Below are positions 28,346 to 38,676 of a stretch of DNA of 64,000 nt, piece after piece. The notes under the pieces were generated by a model. The model was not told where the DNA came from and did no database searches. It was given only the letters and a program-made list of their open reading frames with translations. A program made the position numbers and the translations under genes. The first letter of the stretch is position 1. Each line of letters starts with the position of its first letter. This DNA is from an uncultured Actinomycetes bacterium (lineage in GTDB: Bacteria > Actinomycetota > UBA4738 > HRBIN12). The stretch spans positions 384,001 through 448,000 of the forward strand of contig CAVPIB010000001.1 in assembly GCA_963704885.1 (NCBI GenBank). Direction: 5' to 3'.

Positions 28346-31300
28346 TTAGGGAGTTTGGTATTCCACTGGCGTCAGGAGCGAAACGCCGCAGCCCAGGAGG
28401 AAAGAACCCGCTTCCACCAAAGGTGCGCCCGGACCGGTCAATACTCCCACCGGGGCGGTAGCGATTGCCCACTGAGCACCCCCGTATTCGCATTGCGTCA
28501 GCTTGAGCAGAAACCCTGCCCAATCCACTTGACTGACACCATCGTGAAGTGACCCAGCGGGATCCAAGAGAATCTCGTTGGCAACACTCCAGCAACTTAC
28601 GCCTCCGCAGATCCCCAACCCTCCCTGCTGGGCAGCTCGGCCTTCTGGATCAACCAGCGTCGTGGGTCGCGCCCAGGCGTAGACGTATTGTCCCGCGGTC
28701 GGCGCCAAGGGCGGAGGCTGCTCGGGGTCTAACTGTAGGAAACGGCCCGTTCCCGGGTCGTACATCCGCGCGCGAAGGTCGTAAAGGTTGTCGACCGTGT
28801 CGATGAGCTGACCGTTGAACCTCATGAGGTTGATTGGGGCACCGGACGCATTAGACGAAGACCGTACAGCTCCGTAAGGCTCATAGGTATAGGTCCGCTG
28901 GGTGACCCCTGTTGAGTTGACGAGGTTGGCAGTCGAGCCGAGCGGGTCACCGAGGTAGTAGAAGGCGTTGGACGCGGTCGTCGACTCTGCAACCAGATCC
29001 ACTCCGTACGCGTATCGGCGGAGTAGGGCGTTGTTGCCGTTGCGCTCGATCGCCAGTATGGGCAACCCGGCATTCACATCCCAGAGGTAGTTCACGTTGG
29101 TAGCCGCCGTCGTGCCCCAGGAATCCTTCAGCCTGTTGCCGTCACCGTCGTAGGAGTACGTATGGGTAGTCGAGCCTGAGGCCGTGGTGAGCAGACGATT
29201 CTCGAGGTCGTAGGTGAACGTTCGGGTTCCAGCCGAGGCTTCATTCCCATTTACGCCGTAGGAGCAGGTTCGAAGCGCTGTCGTAGCTCCAGGTGAAGGT
29301 GTTCGTTCCCCGGACTGCTTGGGTCAACCGATTCAAGGCGTCGTACGTGTACGCGACCGACCCTTGTCCATCCGTCATCGACGTGCGATTCGAGTTCGCG
29401 TCATAGCCGAATGTGGCGTTCGGGGTCGTGGGGGCGTTCGAGTACGTGATCCCAGTGAGCCGGTTGATCTGGTCGTGCGCGAACGTGATGGACCCTGAGG
29501 GGAGGGTCTTCGTCACCACGTTCCCGGAGAAGTCGTATCCGAACGACCAGACCTTCGTCAGCGGCGAGGTCACCGACGAGAGCCGGTTCGAGTCGTCGTA
29601 CGCATACAGCCACGTACGGCTGTTCGGATCGAGTCGCGACGTCAGATTGTTGTTCCAGTCATACGCATAGCTCGTGACGATCGAACTCGGCGCCGTCACC
29701 GTGGTCAGGTTCCGGTTGTTGTCGTAGAGCCAGGACGATGGTCTGGCTCTTGGCGTCGGTGCGCGACGTGAGGTTCCCCGCTGGGTCGAAGACGTAGCTT
29801 GTTGCGTTGGCGAGCGGGTCGGTCTGCGGTGAGCAGGTGATCGGCGTTGTCGTAGGTGAACGTCCACGTGTAATCGGCAGGAGTTCTGGCCGGCAACGTT
29901 GCCACGTGGATCTACCCTGGAGGTCATGCGACCCGAGCCGTCGTAACCCATCGTGGTGAGGTTGCCAAGCGGATCCGTCATGGACGTCAAGTTGCCAGAC
30001 GTGTATCCGAAGAGCGTGGTCTTGTTCCGTGGATCGGTGAGCGACGTGAGGAGACCGCTTCCTGCCGGATCGCGGCCGAACTGCGTGACGATGCTTCCGG
30101 GCTGCGTGATCGAAGTCAGGTTCCCGGCGGCGTCGTAGCTGTAGGTCGTCGAGTTGCCCCGAGCATCCTGCACACTCGCGACGTCATTGCGGGCGTTGTA
30201 GGTGTAGACGGTCTGATAGGAAAGTGGGGCTGGATCGGTCTTCGTGAGCATGTTGCCGGCGGGGTCGTAGGTGAACGACGTCGTGAAGCCGCGCGGATCC
30301 GTAACGCTCGTGACGTTCAGTGCGGTGTCGTAGGTGTAGGAGGTCGTGTTACCGAGTGGGTCGATCCGTTGCATCAGGTGGCCTTTGGCATAGACGTCGC
30401 GCCAGATCTTGCCTCGGGCGTCGGTGAACGTCGAGGTCTCGGTCAGCGGATCCCAAGCAAAAGTGCTGGCGTAGCCGCGCCCGTCGGTCTGCTGACTGAT
30501 CCGCTCATCGGGGCCGTAGACATTGGACACGATCACGTGGTTGTTCTGATCCGTGATCGTCGCGAGCAAGTCGCCCGAGTCGTAGGTGTACGTCGTCGTT
30601 CCGCCCCGAGCGTCGGTGACGCTCGTGAGGAGTCCGTTCGTGTAGGCATAGTCCACATGTCGACCGTCGGGGAGTGTGACCTGGGTGAGCTTGTCGGCGG
30701 TGATCGTGAGCGTGATCTGGCGTCCGACCGAGTCCGTGATCTGCGTGAGATAGCCGGCCGTGTACGAGAACGTCAGTCCTTGGTCGTTGCGGTCCTTGAG
30801 GGACGTGAGTCGGCCTGCCGCGTCGAACCTGTACACCACTTGATCTCGACGCGTCAGCTTGTATGTGCCATCGCCAAGCAACACGAGCCCGTCCGTGACA
30901 CCTGCCGCGGCCCGGAAGGTCGCATCCGGTTGCTGCGTGAAGCCCAACTGTTGACCGTCCTCAGCCCTTAGAAGCGAGAACGTGGGCGTGATATCCAGCG
31001 AGACCGCGTAGCTGTTGGTCCAGCCCCGGCCCATGACGCCGGTCGAAGGATCGGCCGAGTTGTAGCTGCGACTGAATTCGAAGGGGATACCGATCCCCGG
31101 CAGTCGAAGATCCGTACTGGATGTGAAGTAGGAGCCCGTGGCGGTATTGACTGGCTCGGCGACCAGCGCCCCGGGGCATCGCCCGTGGCTTCCCCCGAGG
31201 CAGTCACCGTAGAGTTGACCAGCCGGAACGGTGTTTCCCTCCCCGCCTCCCGGCCACCAGTGCTCCGGGTACGGCGGATAACCCACCTCGGAATGTGCTG

Positions 31301-31770
31301 ACTCGACCTTGCATGGCACGGGAGATCCCGGGGATGTCACCAGCATCGTGCAGCTGTTCACGACGATCGTGCTGAACAGCGTCTGGGTTCCGGAGTTGAA
31401 GTTCGACATCCGGAAGAGGCCGCCCTCGTTCTCATCGCACGTGAACGTGATCCCAGGGATCGTGCACAAACTCCAGTCGAAGCTCCAAACATGGGGGATG
31501 CCGTTCGCTGACCCAAAGAGATTGACCACGGCGATCGGAGCGGTCGTTGGGCCGTACTGGCAGGACGCCCAGTAGTTCTCCCCGCCCGTCGTTACATTTG
31601 TCGCGTTGAAGTTGCAGTAGGCCGTGAACCCATCGGGGTCGGGTGGCCCACCGTGTCCTCCCATGAGCGAGCGCGGACGGCGTTGTCGGCATGCCGATCG
31701 CCGTGACCATCAGTGCGATGAGGATGAGGACCAAACGCCGCGCTGGCGGACGCACTACGGATCTTGACAT
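28346..31770 (-). CDS. Rhs/YD-repeat polymorphic toxin with signal peptide (several frameshifts, probable internal deletion)
   Basis: MSRSVVRPPARRLVLILIALMVTAIGM signal; EPVNTATG..FEFSRSYNS; many YTYDxxGNL repeats; core FNGQLID..LYDLRARMYDPGTGRFLQLDP..YAWARPTTLVDPEG. Confidence 0.88.
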
Positions 31771-31872
31771 TCAACTCCCCGACGGTCGAGCGGGCAACTC
31801 GTGGGGGAAGTCGAGCGCAAGTAAACAAGACGGGCGTACTCCTGTCAAAGCGGCTGCCGAAAGCGCATCGAT

Positions 31873-32705
31873 CTAGATCGCGGGATCCCACCAGAGCGTC
31901 ACGACCGTTCGCTCGCTCAGCGGGGCCGACGTCCCATAGGTCGTCGATCTGACGGAGCCTGCTGCCTAGCTGCTCGGCGATCTCGGGGTCGCGCTCCGCG
32001 GGTAGGCACAGTCGCTTGCGCACAGTGTGGATCGCGTCCTCGCGTCGCTCGTAGCCCCCGACCCCATGTTGCTCCGACACCAGGCGCTCCTCACGTTCGA
32101 CCTGGAGTCCCATCTCGTGAAGCACCGCCTCGGCGTCGTCGGCAGTCGGACCCACCGGGCGCTCGAGGGCGTGGAATCGCTGCCACAGATCGCGCATCCA
32201 AGCCAACGGATGCTCCCTCGTGAGCTCCACGACCACCCGGTGGCGCGCGTGTTCGTCCAACGCGCGCGCGAACGGCTCGAGCTCGGACGTGTTGTAGACG
32301 ACGTGACCCGAGACAACTACGTCCAGCCTGCTCGACGTCCGCGGCGTCATCCGGCCACGACCCGGCCACGGCGCGCGCTTGCACTCCCGCGCGTACCGCG
32401 TTGGCCAGGAACCCCTGGAGCATGTCCGCTTGCGCGTCGAAGCCCACGATCAGCCCCGCGCGTGCCGCGAGCGGAAGCGACGTGGCCCCACCACCCACGC
32501 CGACGTCGAGCACCGTTCCGCCCTCGGGCAGAACCTCGAGCGCGCGCCTGGTGGTCGGCGTTGGCTCGTGATCCGCGGCGGCCTCGCCGCGTCTCCGGAA
32601 GCACTCAGCGGCGAGCCCCCACGGTGACTCGGGCGCCGCGGCCACGATCTCATCGGGGATGGCCAGGTCCGCCATCCCCGAACGCCAGCGGTCGGCCGCG
32701 GTCAC
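31873..32705 (-). CDS. Class I SAM-dependent methyltransferase (frameshifted)
   Basis: VLDVGVGGGA, VAGSWPD, DVVVSGHVVYN, ends VVTLWWD; spread across three frames. Confidence 0.75.
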
Positions 32706-33871
32706 GGGCGGTCCTCCCACGTGGCGCCGTCGTGCTCGCCCAACCGCGGTGGAGGCATCCGCGTGGACGGCGCCACGCCGTCGAACCTGATCGGGTTGGC
32801 GACCAGACGCAACATTCCGCGCACGGGGTCGGGCACGTCTTGCACCGATGCCGCGCCGTCGGCTGAGGCGAACACCTCGTCCATGCGCATGATCGGCGAG
32901 CACGGAACCGCTGCGTTCTCGAGCGCGCGCAGCCATGATGCGGCGTCACGCTCCGCGAATGCTTCGGACAACAAGGGGATCAGCTCCTCTCGATGCTCCA
33001 CCCGTGCCTCGTTCGTGGTGAATCGCGGATCGGCTTCCCACTCCGGATGCCCCACCACCTCGCACGTCCGCGCGAACAACCGGTCGTTGCCGGCCGCCAG
33101 GATGAATGGGCGGTCGCTCGCTTGGAACAGTTGGTACGGCACGATGTTCGGGTGCTCGGTGCCCATAGGACCCGGCACCACGCCGCCGATCAGGTGGTTC
33201 GCGGCCTGGTTCACCATGGCGGCCACGCTGGCGTCGTAGAGCGCCACGCTCACGTGCCTGCCGCTACCCGTCAGATCGCGCTCGCGGAGCCCGGCGAGCA
33301 CCCCGATCGTGGCGTCCAGGCCGGCGATGACGTCCAACAGGGCCACACCGGCCTTGACCGGCTGACCGTGACGCTCGCCGGTCACGCTCATCAGTCCGGA
33401 CAGTGCCTGCACGATGATGTCGTAGCCGGGGCGGCTTGCGGCCTGGGGCGCGTCGTCGCCGAACGCTGTCAGCGAGCACGTGACCAGCCGCGGATTCGTG
33501 GCGCGGAGTGCGTCCAACCCCAAACCGAATCGCTCCATCAACCCCGGGCGGAAGTTCTCGATCAACACATCGGCGCCCGCGGACAAACCGCGAACCATCT
33601 CCGCGCCGGTCGGCGACCCAAGATCCGCCGTCACCGACCGCTTGTTGCGGTTGAGCGACAGGAAGTAGGCGGCGTCGTCCCCGGCGAACGGAGGTCCCCA
33701 GTGCCGAGTGTCATCGCCCTCGCCGGGGCGCTCGACCTTGATCACATCGGCGCCCAGATCGGCCAACATCATGGTGCAGAGCGGGCCGGCCAGGATGCGG
33801 GACAGATCCAGCACACGAACGCCGGCCAGCGGAGCGGGGGGAGGAGCGGGAGGCGGGGTCGGGTTCGCCAT
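32702..33871 (-). CDS. CoA-transferase family III (CaiB/BaiF)
   Basis: PLAGVRVLDLSRILAGP, LADLGADVIKVE, NRNKRS, ENFRPG, GYD. Confidence 0.95.
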   Translation of the reverse strand: MANPTPPPAPPPAPLAGVRVLDLSRILAGPLCTMMLADLGADVIKVERPGEGDDTRHWGPPFAGDDAAYFLSLNRNKRSVTADLGSPTGAEMVRGLSAGADVLIENFRPGLMERFGLGLDALRATNPRLVTCSLTAFGDDAPQAASRPGYDIIVQALSGLMSVTGERHGQPVKAGVALLDVIAGLDATIGVLAGLRERDLTGSGRHVSVALYDASVAAMVNQAANHLIGGVVPGPMGTEHPNIVPYQLFQASDRPFILAAGNDRLFARTCEVVGHPEWEADPRFTTNEARVEHREELIPLLSEAFAERDAASWLRALENAAVPCSPIMRMDEVFASADGAASVQDVPDPVRGMLRLVANPIRFDGVAPSTRMPPPRLGEHDGATWEDRP

Positions 33872-34064
33872 GGGTGACTCGGCAGAGGCTACACGAGGGA
33901 CCCCAGAAAGAGCGGAAGCGCCGAAACCCGAGGGCTCCAGCGCTTCCAAGTGGATTTGTACAATGACCCCTCCTCGGAGGTCAACCTGGAAAGTGGGTTC
34001 TGTCACTCTTTCTGTCGGATGGCCCACTAGCGATGCAGTGCTTGATTGGGCATGATTGTCCCCT

Positions 34065-34730
34065 ATGAACCCCCAGAGCCTGGATCGGGCGAACGCGTTC
34101 CTGGCCGCGGTGGCCCGCCGAACCGAGGTGAACGGCGTCTTGCCCGGGACCCCGGCAGACATCGGCCACGAGCTCACCTTCCCCGATCCTTTGGCGACGG
34201 CGCGGGCCGTCCGCGCGCTGATCGCGCGACGCCGGCTGGAGCCGGCGGAGGGGTCGTACCGGCTACTCGATGACCGTCCGATCGCGGCCGGCGAGAAAGA
34301 GGTGATCGGGCGGCGGCCGAGGAAGCCGCGCAAGACCAAAGCGACGGGTCGTTCGGTGTCGTCCGAGGGTGGTGGTCCTCGCTACTCGGACATGGGCAGA
34401 GCGGCGGTCGACCGGCTGGTGGAGCTCGGCCGGGAGGTGGGAACCCTCCGCGCTGCGTTGAAGACGGCGCGGGAGGAAGCGCGGGAGTCGCGTGAGGCTC
34501 GGATAGAGGCGGAGCGCCGAGCGCAGTCCCTGGGCGCCAGGCTGCATGAGCTGGAGGCTCGTGCCGATATGGCCGAGTCCAACCTGCGGACGCTCCTAGC
34601 TTCGGTCAAGGGTCGCGAGGGCGGCCAGCGTGACGCAGCCGTGGGCGATAACGAGATGGAGGCCATCCTCGGTGTGCTGAAGGGGGCCGAGGAGCCGGAG
34701 GGGGAGCCCGTCCCTGCCCCCGAGTTCTAG
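34065..34730 (+). CDS. Hypothetical protein: possible winged-helix N-terminus plus coiled coil
   Basis: Basic linker RRPRKPRKTK followed by a long heptad E/R/A-rich helix. Confidence 0.65.
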   Translation: MNPQSLDRANAFLAAVARRTEVNGVLPGTPADIGHELTFPDPLATARAVRALIARRRLEPAEGSYRLLDDRPIAAGEKEVIGRRPRKPRKTKATGRSVSSEGGGPRYSDMGRAAVDRLVELGREVGTLRAALKTAREEARESREARIEAERRAQSLGARLHELEARADMAESNLRTLLASVKGREGGQRDAAVGDNEMEAILGVLKGAEEPEGEPVPAPEF

Positions 34731-35749
34731 GAACGCTTGAGGTTCGCGGCGTGGCACGCCGCGAAGTGATCGTTCCCAAGCTCCAGCGGACCTAGGTCCT
34801 CGCCGGTGCACTTGGCTTCGATCCCGAGCGTGACGGCCTCGCCCGAGGCGACGATCGGACACCGCGGATGGAACCGGCATCCTTGGGGGATCCGGGTGGG
34901 GTCCGGCGGCTCTCCCGCCAGGATGGGACGATCGATGCCGCCGGCCTCGGGCACCACATCCAGCAGCGCCTTCGTGTAGGGGTGCTTCGGCCGAAGCAGG
35001 ACCTCTTCGGTGGGTCCGATCTCAACGATGCGGCCGAGATACATCACGGCGACGCGGTCGGCCACGGTCCACGCGAGTCCCAGGTCGTGGGTGACGATGA
35101 TGATCGACAGGCCCAGGTCCGCCCGGAGCTGCATCAGCAGCTGCAGGATCTCGCCCCGCACCGACGCGTCCAGGTTGGAAACGGGCTCGTCGGCCACGAT
35201 GATCTCGGGGTCCAGCGCCAGGGCGCCGGCGATAACCACCCGCTGCCGTTGCCCGCCCGACAGCTCGTGGGGGTACGAGAGGTAGAAGCGCTCCGGCGGC
35301 CGAAGGCCCGAGCGAGAGAGGGCGCGAGCCACCAGCTGCTCCTCGGTCTCGCCGTTGGGCCCCCGCGTGATGCTGTGGATCCGAAGGCCCTCCGCGATGA
35401 TCTCGTAGATGGTCTGGCGAGGGTTCAGGCTGCCGGTGGGGTCCTGGAAAACCATCTGCACCCGGCGCCGGTAGGCCTGAAGCTTCCTGCCGATCGGCTT
35501 GCCCTCGAACACGATCTGTCCCGCGTTGGGCAGCTGCAGGCCCATGATGGCCCGAGCGGTGGTGGTCTTGCCGCACCCGGATTCGCCGGCGAGGGCCAGC
35601 ACCTCGCCTCGCCGGAGCTCGAACGTGATGCCGTCCACCGCCCTAGCCTCGAAGCCCTTCTGACCCCGCAGCCCGGCGATCAGCCCGACATGGCCCGCGA
35701 AAGTCACGTGCAGATCCTGCACCTCGATCGCGTTCTCGACCGTGCTCAC
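34727..35749 (-). CDS. Oligopeptide ABC ATP-binding protein (OppF-like)
   Basis: GESGCGKT, LSGGQRQR, ADEP, HPYT, GCRFHPRC. Confidence 0.93.
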   Translation of the reverse strand: MSTVENAIEVQDLHVTFAGHVGLIAGLRGQKGFEARAVDGITFELRRGEVLALAGESGCGKTTTARAIMGLQLPNAGQIVFEGKPIGRKLQAYRRRVQMVFQDPTGSLNPRQTIYEIIAEGLRIHSITRGPNGETEEQLVARALSRSGLRPPERFYLSYPHELSGGQRQRVVIAGALALDPEIIVADEPVSNLDASVRGEILQLLMQLRADLGLSIIIVTHDLGLAWTVADRVAVMYLGRIVEIGPTEEVLLRPKHPYTKALLDVVPEAGGIDRPILAGEPPDPTRIPQGCRFHPRCPIVASGEAVTLGIEAKCTGEDLGPLELGNDHFAACHAANLKRS

Positions 35750-36735
35750 GGCTCCTCCGTTGCCGCGGCGACCTTGGCCGGCTCCATCAGCAGGCAGGCG
35801 GCGGTTCGGTTCGGCCCCGCCGGGAAGAGCTCGGGTTCGCGGGTGGGGCATTCGTCGAAGGCCACGGGGCATCTCGGGTGGAACGAACAGCCGGAAGGGA
35901 CCTGCTGCGGATCTGGAGGATCGCCGCCCAGACCGGTGGGGTTCCTGCGGAACCGCTGGTCGCCGATCTCCGGGAACGCCGCCGCGAGCGCCTCGGTGTA
36001 GGGATGCTTGGCGTCATGGAAGACCTCGTTGGCCGGGCCCTGCTCCACGATCTTTCCCGCGTACATGATCGCCAGGATGTCGGAGATCTCGACCAGCACC
36101 GACAGGTCGTGCGTGATGAAGATCATGGAGAGACCCAGGTCGCGCTGGAGTTCCTTCATCAACCGGAGCACCTGTGCCTGCACCATGACGTCGAGCGCGG
36201 TGGTCGGCTCGTCCGCGATCACGAGCGACGGGCTGCATGCCAGCGCCATGGCGATCATCACGCGCTGCTTCTGGCCGCCCGACAACTCGTGCGGATAGTC
36301 GTTGATGCGTCGCGGCGGCAGACCAACCTGCTCGAAGAGCGCCCCTACACGCACCCTGGCCTGCTTCTCGCCGGCCTGGCCATGCACTACGATCGCCTCG
36401 GCTATCTGGTCTGAGACCCGCTGGACGGGATTCAACGCGTGCTGCGCTCCCTGGAACACGATCGACGCTCCGGCCCAACGTAGCGCGCGCAGCCGCCCGG
36501 GCGTCATGGCCAAGATATCGTCGCCGTCGAGGGCCACGCGCCCTTCGACCTTGGTCGTGGACGGCAGCAGCCGGAGGATGGCTCCGGCGATCGTTGACTT
36601 GCCGCAGCCAGATTCGCCGGCCAGGCCCAGCACCTGGCCCTTCTCGATGGTCAGATCGACGCCGCGGACAGCCGGCACCGGACCGCCCTTCGTCTGATAG
36701 GTGACCCGGAGATCCTCGATCTCGAGCAGGCTCAT
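35746..36735 (-). CDS. Oligopeptide ABC ATP-binding protein (OppD-like)
   Basis: GESGCGKS, LSGGQKQR, ADEPTTALD, GCSFHPRC. Confidence 0.93.
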   Translation of the reverse strand: MSLLEIEDLRVTYQTKGGPVPAVRGVDLTIEKGQVLGLAGESGCGKSTIAGAILRLLPSTTKVEGRVALDGDDILAMTPGRLRALRWAGASIVFQGAQHALNPVQRVSDQIAEAIVVHGQAGEKQARVRVGALFEQVGLPPRRINDYPHELSGGQKQRVMIAMALACSPSLVIADEPTTALDVMVQAQVLRLMKELQRDLGLSMIFITHDLSVLVEISDILAIMYAGKIVEQGPANEVFHDAKHPYTEALAAAFPEIGDQRFRRNPTGLGGDPPDPQQVPSGCSFHPRCPVAFDECPTREPELFPAGPNRTAACLLMEPAKVAAATEEP

Positions 36736-37679
36736 CGCGACCTCAGTTTCGGGTTGAGTATGTCGTCCAGTGCGTAGCCGATCATGGTGAAGGAAAGGAC
36801 CAGCAGCACGATCGCCACGCCTGGCGGGATGATCCACCACCAGTAGCCGGAGAACGCCGCTCCCTGCCCGAACGCCTGCTCCAAGATCGTGCCCCAAGAG
36901 ATGCTCGTGATGGGGTCCGGGCCGAGCCCCAGGAACGAGAGCGTGGTCTCGGTCAAGATCGCTATCGCCACGATCAGGATCGTGTTGGCGAAGATCAGCG
37001 GCCCCACGTTAGGGAGGATGTGGCGCGCAACCAGATGAAAGTCACCGGAGCCCAGGGCGCGGGAGCGCTCCACGTAACCCCTGGTCTTGAGCGAGAGCAC
37101 CTGAGCGCGGATCACGCGCGCCGTGCTGGGCCACGAGGTGATCCCGATGACGAAGATCACCGTGTAGAGCGAGGGCTTCAGGATCACCGACAGCACGATC
37201 GCGAGCGGGAGGAACGGGATGACCAGGAACCAGTCGGTCAGGCGCATGAGGCCGGTTTCGCGCCAGCCGCCGTAGTAGCCGGCGATGAGTCCGATGCTTG
37301 CTCCGATGAAGACCGTGATCAAGGTGGCGGCCAGGCCCACGATGAGCGAGATCCTGGCTCCCCAGATGACCAGCGAGAGCACCGATCGCGCCTGGGCGTC
37401 GGTGCCGAACCAGAACTCCGCGCTTGGGGGAGACAGGGCCGGATTGTCCGGATGGCAGATGGGGGAAAGGTCGCATCTGCTGACCAGGACCGGCGCGAAG
37501 ATCGCTATCGCTATGAAGAACAGCAGGATGGCAAGGCCCGCCATGCCCATGGTGTTCTGCCGGTACTGCCTCCACACGCGCCTGAGGGAGTCCTTCCGGC
37601 GTTGCCGAGCGATCGCCCTGGGGCTGGTGGGACCCTCGGGAGACGCTTGCTCGACAGGATCGACCTGAGTGGTCGCCAT
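36732..37679 (-). CDS. Oligopeptide ABC permease (OppC-like)
   Basis: FWFGTD, GARISL, HILPN, LSFLGLG. Confidence 0.93.
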   Translation of the reverse strand: MATTQVDPVEQASPEGPTSPRAIARQRRKDSLRRVWRQYRQNTMGMAGLAILLFFIAIAIFAPVLVSRCDLSPICHPDNPALSPPSAEFWFGTDAQARSVLSLVIWGARISLIVGLAATLITVFIGASIGLIAGYYGGWRETGLMRLTDWFLVIPFLPLAIVLSVILKPSLYTVIFVIGITSWPSTARVIRAQVLSLKTRGYVERSRALGSGDFHLVARHILPNVGPLIFANTILIVAIAILTETTLSFLGLGPDPITSISWGTILEQAFGQGAAFSGYWWWIIPPGVAIVLLVLSFTMIGYALDDILNPKLRSR

Positions 37680-37680
37680 C

Positions 37681-38649
37681 TCAGGCCGCCCTCACACGCG
37701 GGTCGAGGTAGGAGTAGAGCAGGTCGGCAACCAGGTTCGCCACGATGACCGCCGCGCTGAACAGCAGGAAGAGTCCCTGCAGCAGCGCGTAGTCCTGGTT
37801 GCCGATCGCCTCATAGGTGAGGCGGCCCAGGCCGGGCCAGGAGAAGATCGTCTCGATCACGATGGCGCCGCCTACCACGTAGCCGAGCGACAGGATGGTG
37901 ACCGTCATCGTGGGCAGCAGGGCGTTGGGCACCGCGTGACGTTTGCGGACCATGCGTTCGCGCACACCCTTCGCTCGAGCCACCAAGATGAAGTCCTCGC
38001 CCAGAACCTCCATCAGCGACGACCGCATGATCAATGAGTACTCCGCCAAGTACGACACCGTGAGGACGATGAACGGCAGCGCCAAGTGGTTCAAGACGTC
38101 GGCCACGTGCGCGAGTCCCGTCAGGCCCGAGGCGGGAGTCTGCATGCCACCCGACGGGAAGATGGGCCAAGTCACCGAGAAGAGCATGATCATCAGCAAG
38201 CCGAACCAGAACTCGGGCATGGAATACAGCACCAGCGTGGTGCCCAGCATGGACCTGTCGAACCTAGACCCCCATCTCCACCCTTGCTTTATGCCGATCC
38301 AGATCCCGAGGAGGATCGAGGCGATCGTGGACGTGCCGATCAACAGGACGGTCGGCCACACCGCGCCCGCGATCTCCGAAGACACCGGTTGGTTGTCGAA
38401 CGTCAACCCTAGGTTTCCGTTGATGCTCTGCTGGAGGTAGTTCACGAACTGCTCGGGGAGCGGCAGGTCAAGTCCCAGCTGGGACTTCAGGTCGGCGAGC
38501 GCAGAAGTGGTGAGGGAGCCGCGCTGTTTCGCCAGGAGCTGTGTCGGATCCCCCAACCCTCGGAAGAGGAAGAAGTTGAACGCCAGGACGAACAGCAGGG
38601 TGAGCACCGCCTGCAGGATCTTGGAAAGCAGATATCGACGGGAACCCAC
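37681..38649 (-). CDS. Oligopeptide ABC permease (OppB-like)
   Basis: GLDLPLPEQF, ARAKG, HAVPNALLP, IETIFSWPGLG, LDPRVR. Confidence 0.93.
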   Translation of the reverse strand: MGSRRYLLSKILQAVLTLLFVLAFNFFLFRGLGDPTQLLAKQRGSLTTSALADLKSQLGLDLPLPEQFVNYLQQSINGNLGLTFDNQPVSSEIAGAVWPTVLLIGTSTIASILLGIWIGIKQGWRWGSRFDRSMLGTTLVLYSMPEFWFGLLMIMLFSVTWPIFPSGGMQTPASGLTGLAHVADVLNHLALPFIVLTVSYLAEYSLIMRSSLMEVLGEDFILVARAKGVRERMVRKRHAVPNALLPTMTVTILSLGYVVGGAIVIETIFSWPGLGRLTYEAIGNQDYALLQGLFLLFSAAVIVANLVADLLYSYLDPRVRAA

Positions 38650-38676
38650 CCTGCTCGTCCTCTCTCCGCGATCCGA

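Noticed and set aside
27745-31873. Mobile element boundaries around the Rhs island
   Set aside because: No integrase, transposase, tRNA or flanking direct repeats seen.
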